Source of the DNA: a virus
Taxonomy: Duplodnaviria; Caudoviricetes
Length of the DNA stretch: 64,000 nucleotides
Direction: 5' to 3' (one strand)
IMG/VR virus record: IMGVR_UViG_3300016486_001578
Shown: positions 18,634-28,200 of the stretch, piece after piece
How the letters are laid out: each line of letters begins with the position of its first letter
How positions within the stretch are numbered: the stretch's first letter is position 1
The notes under the pieces: model-generated
What the model saw: only the letters and a program-made list of their open reading frames with translations
Databases searched by the model: none
Told to the model about the DNA's origin: nothing
Program-made: the position numbers and the translations under genes

Positions 18634-20554
18634 TTTATATGAATTATCAAAAAATATAAATATTTTAGAATCAGACATCCGTGTATCTACCCCAGGTGGA
18701 TTGAAAAAGGTTTTTGCTGTTGATATAACAGCAAAAAATAGCGATGTGTTTTCTATAAAAGTTAATAAACATGAACTACTTTGCTCACCAGATCATCTAA
18801 TAAGATCAGAAGATATGTGGGTTAAATCTAAAGATTTAAAAATAAATTCCGTAATAGATACAAAATATGGCAAACTTACTGTTAAGGAGATATCAATTTT
18901 GGATATAAAGAGTGATTTGATGGATTTACATGTGGATGGTAGTGAATATTACACTAATGATATAATTAGTCACAACTCATCACTATTAGATTCTTTTGAC
19001 TTTACTCTATTTGGTAAAGTCAGGGGCAAAAAGAAAAAGTGGAGCACACTATCAACACTCGTTAATAGAATTAATGGAGAATTACTTAATTGTATAAGTT
19101 TCAACTCAAATGGAGTTGATGTTGAGGTAAAAAGAGGAATATCACCAAATAAACTGGAGCTTTGGGAAAATAATGTTCTAAATGAGAGAGCGGGCAAATC
19201 AAATATTGATGAAAAAATAGAAAAATATGTTGGTATGGATATTGAGACATTCAAATCATTCATTTCTATGTCTATAAATGATTTTAAGAACTTTATATCA
19301 TTAACAAACGAAGAGAAGAAAATATTACTCGATAAGTTATTTAACTTAGAGGTTATAAATATACTTAATAATATTCTGAAAGAAATAAACAAGGATAATA
19401 AAACAAGGATGGCTATACTAGACTCTGAGATTCGAACATTGGAAGAATCTATATCTTCTATGCAAATTTCTATAAAGAAATCTATTGAAAAGGAGAAACT
19501 AAATACAGAACAAGAGTTGGGAGAATTAGTTTCTTTGGTTGAGTCCAAGAAATCTGATTATATAACTATAAAAGAAAAGGTTGAAAAAGTAAAAGACAAA
19601 GAACAGATACTAAAAAAAGAAATTGATATAGAAAATAGGCAACTAATTAATATACAAAATGATGTTAAGAACTCAAATAGAGAAATATCATTATATGACT
19701 CTGGTAAATGCCCTACTTGTTCTACCGATTTTAATACAGACCATTTTCTAAACCTCAGAAGTTTGTTGGTCGAAAAAAGAGATGGTCATAATCTTCTTTT
19801 AGAAGAAGTTAAAACAAATATATCTAATATAAAGGCTAAGCAAGTTAAATTAAGGTCTATTGGTGATAAGATAAATTCATCATTTAGTGATATTAATTAT
19901 CTATTAAGAAGTTATAAATCAAAAATAGATGAATTAAAATCTAAAAGTAAAGATAAAAAAGATTCTGTTAATGTAGAAGAGTTTGAGAAGACAATTTCAG
20001 AAATGGATGAAAAAAAGAATAATTCACATACAAAAATTTCTGATTGTAAAGAAAAAGAATTATATTATAAAGAATTGAATAGAATTCTTAGTGAAGGCGG
20101 GGTTAAAAAATCCATAATATCTGGAATAATAAAGCCAATAAATCACTTTATTGATGAGAATGTTAAAAAAATGAGATTACCTTTTGTTGTTAAATTAAAT
20201 GAGACATTCACTGCTGAGATAAAATCATTAGGTTCTAAAATAGAACATGATACATTATCAACTGGTGAGACAAAAAAGATAAATATTGCTATTTTAATAG
20301 CTTATCTTAAGTTAATAAGAACTAAGAAACACATAAATATATTGTTTCTAGACGAGGTTTTCTCTTCAATTGACTTGGAGGGTATTGACTCTATACTAAC
20401 GCTCTTAAAATCGTTTGCAAACGACTACAACATAAATATATTCGTAGTACATCATGCCATTTTAAGCCAAGAAATGTTTGATAGAATAATAAGTATAAAT
20501 AAAGATGTTTTCTCTTCAATTGAAGAAATAAATTTAGATGAAAATTATGGATAA
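18611..20554 (+). CDS. sbcC: Split-intein C-fragment (122 aa) fused to SbcC/Rad50 C-extein
   Basis: Intein block B CSPDHLI, block F DLHV, block G ISHN/S (Asn ends at 18976); then SSLLDS, coiled coil, zinc hook CPTC, signature LSTGE, Walker B ILFLDE, VVHH. Confidence 0.92.
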   Translation: MLTLKIGDLYELSKNINILESDIRVSTPGGLKKVFAVDITAKNSDVFSIKVNKHELLCSPDHLIRSEDMWVKSKDLKINSVIDTKYGKLTVKEISILDIKSDLMDLHVDGSEYYTNDIISHNSSLLDSFDFTLFGKVRGKKKKWSTLSTLVNRINGELLNCISFNSNGVDVEVKRGISPNKLELWENNVLNERAGKSNIDEKIEKYVGMDIETFKSFISMSINDFKNFISLTNEEKKILLDKLFNLEVINILNNILKEINKDNKTRMAILDSEIRTLEESISSMQISIKKSIEKEKLNTEQELGELVSLVESKKSDYITIKEKVEKVKDKEQILKKEIDIENRQLINIQNDVKNSNREISLYDSGKCPTCSTDFNTDHFLNLRSLLVEKRDGHNLLLEEVKTNISNIKAKQVKLRSIGDKINSSFSDINYLLRSYKSKIDELKSKSKDKKDSVNVEEFEKTISEMDEKKNNSHTKISDCKEKELYYKELNRILSEGGVKKSIISGIIKPINHFIDENVKKMRLPFVVKLNETFTAEIKSLGSKIEHDTLSTGETKKINIAILIAYLKLIRTKKHINILFLDEVFSSIDLEGIDSILTLLKSFANDYNINIFVVHHAILSQEMFDRIISINKDVFSSIEEINLDENYG

Positions 20555-20921
20555 TATAAATGAACTTATAAGAGAGGTTTTTAGTATAGATTTTTATAAA
20601 AAATTGTATATGAAAGCAATGCCAAGACAAAAAAATATTGCTGCGGTTTTACAGAGATATGAAGATGCGGCTAGGTTTAGAGATAGAGAAAAAAATGCAG
20701 ATTCAGTGAATTCTGTTTTATATGACTTTGAAATACATAAAATGGATGTTAATAAAACAAATTATTACTTATCAACCCCAGATACAACAAATAAATATCT
20801 ATATTTAGAGAAGCTATTTATGGAAAAATTTACTATACAAATTAGAGGAATGTCTGAGCAATCTTTGATTAAAAAACTAAGAGGATATAATATATCAAGG
20901 ATATTTGATGAAAAAGAATAA
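20538..20921 (+). CDS. UVR (UvrB/C-motif) domain protein
   Basis: AAVLQRYEDAARFRDRE. Confidence 0.6.
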   Translation: MKIMDNINELIREVFSIDFYKKLYMKAMPRQKNIAAVLQRYEDAARFRDREKNADSVNSVLYDFEIHKMDVNKTNYYLSTPDTTNKYLYLEKLFMEKFTIQIRGMSEQSLIKKLRGYNISRIFDEKE

Positions 20922-21234
20922 TATGGAAAAAGGAATAGATATTATGATAATTGATAGGTTAGAAGCAACTAAGAATAAGAAAATAGCAGTTGATATTCAA
21001 AGATATGAAGATGCTACTAATCAAAGAGATAAGGAAAGATCAATCGACTTGGAGATATACTCAATCCTTAGTGGTGAAGTCGGTGAAGACAATGTAATTA
21101 ATCCCATTGATGTCATAGAATATATAAACGAATATTTATTAGAGAAGTATGGTTTAACTATGGCGAATAGTAGTGAATTATTACTTACACTGATTAGACA
21201 AATTAAGTTAGGAAAAATATTAGAAAATGAATAA
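20905..21234 (+). CDS. UVR-domain protein, paralog of the previous ORF
   Basis: AVDIQRYEDATNQRDKE. Confidence 0.6.
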   Translation: MMKKNNMEKGIDIMIIDRLEATKNKKIAVDIQRYEDATNQRDKERSIDLEIYSILSGEVGEDNVINPIDVIEYINEYLLEKYGLTMANSSELLLTLIRQIKLGKILENE

Positions 21235-21262
21235 ATAAATATATAAAATAAAAAAGAAATAA

Positions 21263-21451
21263 ATGTTAAAGATAATAGTAGGAAAAAACGAATCAATAGA
21301 TAAGGCAGTAAAAAGATATAAGAGAAAATATGATAGCACTAAGATGTCTAGAGAAATAAGAGACAGAAGGGAATTTAAAAAGAAATCTGTTAAGAAAAGA
21401 GAAGAAAAACAAAAAGCGATCTTCATAAGAAAGAAGTATGGTGAAGACTAA
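21263..21451 (+). CDS. rpsU: Ribosomal protein bS21
   Basis: IIVGKNESIDKAVKRYKRK...EIRDRREFKKKSVKKREE, Bacteroidota-like bS21. Confidence 0.9.
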   Translation: MLKIIVGKNESIDKAVKRYKRKYDSTKMSREIRDRREFKKKSVKKREEKQKAIFIRKKYGED

Positions 21452-22164
21452 TGGATAGAAATAAAGATTATTATAAAATATTAGATATCCCAAGAGATTC
21501 TGATAGTAATAAAATAAAAAAAACTTATTATAAGCTATCCTTCAAACACCACCCGGATCAAAATAAAGATGTTGATGTTGATCTATTTAATAAAATAACA
21601 GAGGCGTATAAAGTTTTATCTGACGAATCCAAAAGGGATGAGTATGATAAGAAATCTAAATGGGGCCAATATTATAATGAGTATTATGAGCTATTTGATA
21701 TTGATATCGAACTAGACCATGACTATAATAAACAAAAAGTAGAAGATTTTAGAAAAAACCAAGTCTATAATATTCAAATAGAAGTTGATCCTGATACTTT
21801 TGATGGTAACTTGGAATATGAAAGGTGGGTTAAGTGTAAGTCTTGTGACGGAGCTGGCAAAGACCTCTCCTCAAAGATTGTCATAAGAGATAATGATGGT
21901 AATGTAGTTAAAGTTTTTGATGGCGAGGATGGTTGTGATTTCTGTGATGGTACTGGAAAAGACTATAGGGATGAAGATTGTAATTTTTGTTTTGGTAAGG
22001 GAAAAGTTGGCTTAAATAATTGCAAAAGTTGTGATGGTGAAAAAAGAATACTTGGTAATCAAAAATTAAACAATATAAAACTAACCAGCGATAAAACGAG
22101 AATAGAGTCCATGGGTCATTTTTCGAGAGACGGTAAGGTTGGTTACTTATTAATCACCTATTAG
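21451..22164 (+). CDS. dnaJ: DnaJ-like co-chaperone
   Basis: DYYKIL, HPD motif, four CxxCxGx[GK] zinc-finger repeats; C-terminal domain truncated. Confidence 0.88.
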   Translation: MDRNKDYYKILDIPRDSDSNKIKKTYYKLSFKHHPDQNKDVDVDLFNKITEAYKVLSDESKRDEYDKKSKWGQYYNEYYELFDIDIELDHDYNKQKVEDFRKNQVYNIQIEVDPDTFDGNLEYERWVKCKSCDGAGKDLSSKIVIRDNDGNVVKVFDGEDGCDFCDGTGKDYRDEDCNFCFGKGKVGLNNCKSCDGEKRILGNQKLNNIKLTSDKTRIESMGHFSRDGKVGYLLITY

Positions 22165-25100
22165 ATTTTTACCCACCTCATTTAATACTTCATTTGTTAC
22201 TACTATATTAATAGAATCAAAGCCGATATTTGATTTATCAACAAAGATATAATCATTTTTTACAAAATTTATATATGGTGATGTTCCTTGTAGTGGGACT
22301 TGAACACTTGTATTTATATTTGTGCCATTGAAGTATTTAAAGAATGGTATCATGTCTACCTCATATAATTTTAAGTTATTTATTACAAAACTTGATTGAT
22401 TCTCTCCATAATAACCATTTCCTCTGAATACCATAGATAAATTTCTCTTATTAAAAAAATACTCTACCTTTTTGGTTTTTGGAGTTAATACATGGTGTAT
22501 ATTTTGATACACTGGTAGATGTGTTGATATAACATCATATAAACCTGTGCTAAATGTACCAATATCCGCAAATTCTCTTTTAGTATAATTTAAATTATTG
22601 AAATGTATTAATGGTTCGTTTCTTAGGTAATATTTATTTGTTTTTACATATACAAATGGATCAAATGGTGGGAATGCCGTCTCTTCTATATAACCAAACC
22701 CAGGTGATATTACTATATCACTGAAATAACTATCGATAATATCACTTTTAACTAAATCAAATTCAATAATACTATACCTACTTTTTGAAATATTGTCTAA
22801 ATTTCTATTTACTTCTATTGTTGGGTCTGATATATCTAGAACACCACCTCCAAGTTCGGCCTCTACTCTAAGCTCCTGTCCTAATATTGGATATTGTCCA
22901 TAGTTATTTGTTCTTGAGAATGTTATTGAGAATGCGCTTGATTTAGAATATGTCCACCCAAGATCTAAGAAGTCACTACTATTAACTCCAAAGTATTCCG
23001 TAAAATTAGAAGAATCTCCAATATAATCACTAAATATCTCATACTTGTTTCCTAAATTATATATTCTATTATTTAGTGAATATGAATCTCTAAATTTTGA
23101 CTTACTAGATAATACATCATTTGTTGGATATCCATATAAATTGTTTTCTGAATAAGTTCTCTTTGATACTCCATCGAGTATATTTTGTGGTTTTCCTATA
23201 TTAACAGCACTATCATCATCATATATAGTATCTATCCAAGAATTATATATAAAAACATCCGATGAAATTGTCGAATCTACTGATGTTATTGGTGATATAT
23301 TTTTGCTATCAAATGACATATTTTGTATTATACCATTTCTTATTTCTGTAAAAACACTACCATCTTCATTTGATTGAGGAGATCCGTATTGTTTTTCTAC
23401 CACTATTCGATGTTCATCTATTATTTTTATTACACTAGTTTCTCCATCATAACTAGAATTTACTGATATATTTGATTTTGATATATCAACAGAATCTCCT
23501 ACTTGTAGATTATGTTTTGATGAGAAAGATAACCCTAATTTACTTGGTAATATATCATCATATCTAAATGTTTGACTAAACGATCCAGATATATGTTTTT
23601 CCGAGTTAAAATGACCTCCATCAAATCTACCATCTATCCAATTTGTATTATACATCTCTGTTATTAGTGGATAACCTTTAAATAATCCATTATTCCAAAC
23701 ACCACTAAAATAACCATTTAAGAAAGCGCCAGACAACCAAATATTCTTTGTTACTCTTATCCTATGTAGATTTGAGTCTTTTTCTATTCTTCTCACCGGA
23801 AATTGAGTTTCTATCTCTACTTCTATAAATGATAGATTATCGTCAATTGTTCCTATATTTATTATTCTATATGAGTCTTTCAATAGCCTCCTTTTATTAT
23901 TTATATCTATTGATATTATATTACCAATAGATACGGAATCTCCTATATTAAACTCATCTACTAATTCCTTTCTACCACTTATATTGATCCTCCATCTTAT
24001 ATCAGAAAATACCTTTATGGATTTTATTATTTCATTAAATTCTTTTACTGATTCGTCTTCTCTCCAACCACTATTCCAAACTCCATTTTCCCATATTCCT
24101 GCTTCAAATCTACCATTTCCTATTTTACTTGTTACCTCAGAGGTTATAACATTACCATCATCTGAATTACCACTACCATATGATATAATAAATGAAGCAT
24201 CATTTAGTACCACATCATTAAATGATATATTTATTGGGGAAGCAGAGAATATTTGATTATTTGCTTCGTGATAACCACCTTCTATCTTTAGGTCGGATAT
24301 CTTTATATGTGTTAATAAAGGTGAATCCGGTGTATCAGCAACAATATATAAGTATTTGTTTCCTTTTAGACCATATGATAAGAAAGTCTCATTTTGTGTT
24401 ACGCTTTTTAAAAGAAAGCAATTATTTATAAAATTTTGGAATTCAACTATTGTATTTCCTATAAAAATAACATCCGATATATAGAAATTTACTCCAGCAT
24501 TTATATCATTATTGGGTAGTGCGAATTTAGTAAAAGTGAATTCGATATTAAATATTTGAAAATCTATAAATTTATATAAATAATTTAGATCATTATCAGA
24601 TGTTAGTTTACCATTAAATATGGATTGTGTTAGATTAAATGCTGGTGCTTTATCATCATACCAATAATATGAGTTATCACTTCCTCCATAAAACCAACCA
24701 CTGGATCTATTTGGTTTTTGTGTTGAAGATTGGTTTTGTACAGCATCGCCTATCCAAGAATATCCATTTACGCCCCAATCTATCTGGAATATATCTGATC
24801 TTAATATGTTATACCCACTTGGGTCTATGAATGATGATGTTGCTGTGTGTCTGCAATAATCTGTTGTTGATATATCTGATGGTGGTTTACTATATAAATA
24901 TAAATAACCGTCTGGGTTTGTAGCAAGTGGCCATAGACCTGCGTATTCACTTATATCAAAGCCATCATCAACACTAAAAAACATAGAATCACCCCAATCA
25001 GTAGAAGTTGATATATACTCAGTGGCTGCTCCAAAATTAGCAAGTCCATCTACTTTTAGCCTAAATACATAGTCCTTATCTGATCTGAATATTAATTCGG

Positions 25101-25200
25101 GACCAGAACTAAGTAAACTATTTTCATCCAATAGGTCATCTCTATATATTTCACTAGATGGTGCATCAATGTACCATCCTGATTCGTTAATCCAAGGCAT
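22150..25200 (-). CDS. Putative virion protein with G-x-W/F pentapeptide repeats
   Basis: 1016 aa; GIWENGVWNSGW, WLSGAFLNGYFSGVWNNGLF. Confidence 0.6.
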   Translation of the reverse strand: MPWINESGWYIDAPSSEIYRDDLLDENSLLSSGPELIFRSDKDYVFRLKVDGLANFGAATEYISTSTDWGDSMFFSVDDGFDISEYAGLWPLATNPDGYLYLYSKPPSDISTTDYCRHTATSSFIDPSGYNILRSDIFQIDWGVNGYSWIGDAVQNQSSTQKPNRSSGWFYGGSDNSYYWYDDKAPAFNLTQSIFNGKLTSDNDLNYLYKFIDFQIFNIEFTFTKFALPNNDINAGVNFYISDVIFIGNTIVEFQNFINNCFLLKSVTQNETFLSYGLKGNKYLYIVADTPDSPLLTHIKISDLKIEGGYHEANNQIFSASPINISFNDVVLNDASFIISYGSGNSDDGNVITSEVTSKIGNGRFEAGIWENGVWNSGWREDESVKEFNEIIKSIKVFSDIRWRINISGRKELVDEFNIGDSVSIGNIISIDINNKRRLLKDSYRIINIGTIDDNLSFIEVEIETQFPVRRIEKDSNLHRIRVTKNIWLSGAFLNGYFSGVWNNGLFKGYPLITEMYNTNWIDGRFDGGHFNSEKHISGSFSQTFRYDDILPSKLGLSFSSKHNLQVGDSVDISKSNISVNSSYDGETSVIKIIDEHRIVVEKQYGSPQSNEDGSVFTEIRNGIIQNMSFDSKNISPITSVDSTISSDVFIYNSWIDTIYDDDSAVNIGKPQNILDGVSKRTYSENNLYGYPTNDVLSSKSKFRDSYSLNNRIYNLGNKYEIFSDYIGDSSNFTEYFGVNSSDFLDLGWTYSKSSAFSITFSRTNNYGQYPILGQELRVEAELGGGVLDISDPTIEVNRNLDNISKSRYSIIEFDLVKSDIIDSYFSDIVISPGFGYIEETAFPPFDPFVYVKTNKYYLRNEPLIHFNNLNYTKREFADIGTFSTGLYDVISTHLPVYQNIHHVLTPKTKKVEYFFNKRNLSMVFRGNGYYGENQSSFVINNLKLYEVDMIPFFKYFNGTNINTSVQVPLQGTSPYINFVKNDYIFVDKSNIGFDSINIVVTNEVLNEVGKNLIGD

Positions 25201-25232
25201 AAACTATATATTAATTTATCATTTCTTAGTTA

Positions 25233-28200
25233 TCACGCACTCAATCCGGTTGAATTACCGCCAAAATAACTATATTGTGTTCCTGATTCCTGGAAAATAT
25301 TCCAAAGATGACAATTTGAATTTTCCGACCAAGACATTCCTCTAAAAATTAACTCCCTTTGGAAATCATCATCGACCATTCCATCATAACTAACATAAGA
25401 TCCATTCCAATTTCCATTTTTCCATATACCATTTTTCCAAAAAATATTAAAAGCATTCATATATTCGCATATACCGTTTTCCCATATCATCCCATATGAA
25501 CTACCTATGTCAAATACCCCGTTTCTCCAATGTGATATATAAAAATCGCTATTATTTAATTTTCCATTTTCCCAATAACAAGTTGAATCATCTAAATTAA
25601 AACTTGGGCTAAATGATCCATTTCTTAGAACATATGGATTAAAAGAACTTTCTATAAAATTACCTCTTTTAAATATACCATCTAACCAAACAGAGTTTCT
25701 GAAATAAGAGTTATCATGCTTAAAGTCGCCTGATAACCAAAGTGCATTTTCAAATATAGCTTCTTTTTTAGTTCTTTTTATTTTGTTTGACTTATCATCT
25801 ACATCACTTACTGATCCATCCCTCCATAAACCATAATATGATTGTGTGAATGAGTTAACAAATATCGATGCATTATCACTTGGTGATGAGCCTCCGTGTG
25901 CTGATGTTGTACCAGATCCATTAAAATATCCATATTTAAATTCTCCTCTATTCCATACTCTTCCTACAAATTTTCCTCCATTGAATGTTCCTTCGAACCA
26001 GGTAGAATTTGTTCCGGTTGACTCATTTCCAAATATACCATCATTGAATGTTCCATTTCTCCAAGAATAACTAGCTCCATCTGATATAGAATTACTATTT
26101 GTCCATCCATATCCTGATGTAAATTTACCACCATTGAATGTACCGTTTTCCCATTTTGCCATAGATATGAACTCACCACCATTAAAGGACCCATTATTCC
26201 ATGTTGCTTCATTTCCTGATTTTTTCTTTTTAAACTGAACATAACTTGATTGTTCATAAACTCCGCTATCATCTGCTATTGTAAAATTAGTCCCATCTAA
26301 AAAAATAGCTTGATTAATTGATATTGAACCACTTCCTCCATCAACTATGCTCCAAAAGTTTGCATTTCTTTTGAAATTACCAAACTTAATTGGCAAAGCA
26401 ATTGAATTATTAACAGTTGCACTTGTTGAAGTGTTATTGTTTAAATAAACATTTAAAGTATCTTTGTATGTATTTACAACATTAAAGGGGAATGTATTTA
26501 TTAAACTTCCATTTTCATATACTAAAAATTCTAAATCACCGCAAATAAATGGTAATGTAAGGTTTAATGTGGTCCCATTAATTTCACTTTCTATAAACCC
26601 ATAGGAGTTAATTATAGCATCTATTAACTCATTAACATTAGTCATTGGAGTATCAAGTTCAAATATATCTGTATATATTTTTAAGTAATACGATATGTTC
26701 CCTGTATTGTTAAATGTTCCAAAATTGAAATTTAAAGAATATTCATTTAATTTATCTAAGTTATTTGTATCATCTGAATACCAATTTATAAAATAAACAC
26801 CATAATTTGTACCAAAAACACCATCATTAAAAACACCATCATTCCAGAAAATTGTTGAACCAGATAATCCATATTCGCTCACATCTGATGCTAATATATT
26901 TGCATTTTCTACTGTTGTGTATTCTATATAAGCATTATAAATACTTGTATCTATTGATCTTATATTCTTATCACCTATTATACCACCATGTATTTCTCCA
27001 TTATAGAACTTAGAATAAGCAAATTTTCCTCCAACAAATGTCCCGTTTTCCCAATCTGATTTTAACATATTACCACCATTGAACCATCCATTTCTCCAAG
27101 AATATCTATTATTTGCTGATGTTGTTTCTCCACTTTTATAATAACTCTTTATTCTATCCATGTCATAATAACCATATTTGGTGTTTGGTAGACCATTGAA
27201 GCTTCTATTATCATAGAATATACCATCATCGAAGGTTCCATTAAACCAAGTGGATTCTCTGAATATACCATTTGAGAATGTTAGTCCTTTCCAAATGCTT
27301 CTGAATACCACTCCATTTTTAAACTCATCACTTCCGTTATTGAATGATGAGTGCAAATAGGTAGATTTTGACAAAATATTACCCGTGTCCTTAAATAATG
27401 AATCGGAAACTACCAATGATTTTATTGAATCAGAATTCATAGGTAGTGCTCTTGTTGTTATGAAATCATCATTCTCTATTAGAGAGTTTGTTATATAAGA
27501 TCTTCTGAATATACCTGATTTTATTTTAGATGAGTCTATTTTTGTACTATGAACATATCCATATCTAATATTCGTATCAGGTGAGCTGAATGTTCCTGAT
27601 GTATCTAGTAGTGTTGATATTATATTAGTTTTAATTTCTTTTATTGATAAAATCCCGGTTATTTTAAAATCATCATTATTTATCTTATATGTATCTCCTA
27701 ATTTGGTCATGTTTCCGGTATTATCTTCATAATATACATTATTTAGATATACTATATTTCCTTTTTTTAGAGAATCTGTTGTTGATTCAAAATTACCAGA
27801 AGAAAATCCAGAATTTGTTGTTATTTCTAATATCGAACTAGATGTTATTGGGGTTATGTTGTATTCACCATTTTGTGATAAACCATCCCACATAACTACA
27901 TCATTATTAAACTCTATATGATCACCACTTATCCAATCACTTGTTTCTATTTTACCACTTTCAAAATCCGCATTCACTATTGATGCATTTGAAATATCAA
28001 CTATGTTCCTTATTTTATTTGTTAGTGTATTACTAGATGTTGCTGAGAGGCTTATATCGTTATTTAATTCTAATCCATAATTTGATATTTCACTAGATGG
28101 TGAGTTTACACCCCCTGATATTGGATTGGAATCTATATCAACAATAGATACAAATATATCTATTGAATATTTTTTTTCTAAATTTTCCTCTATTACCTTT

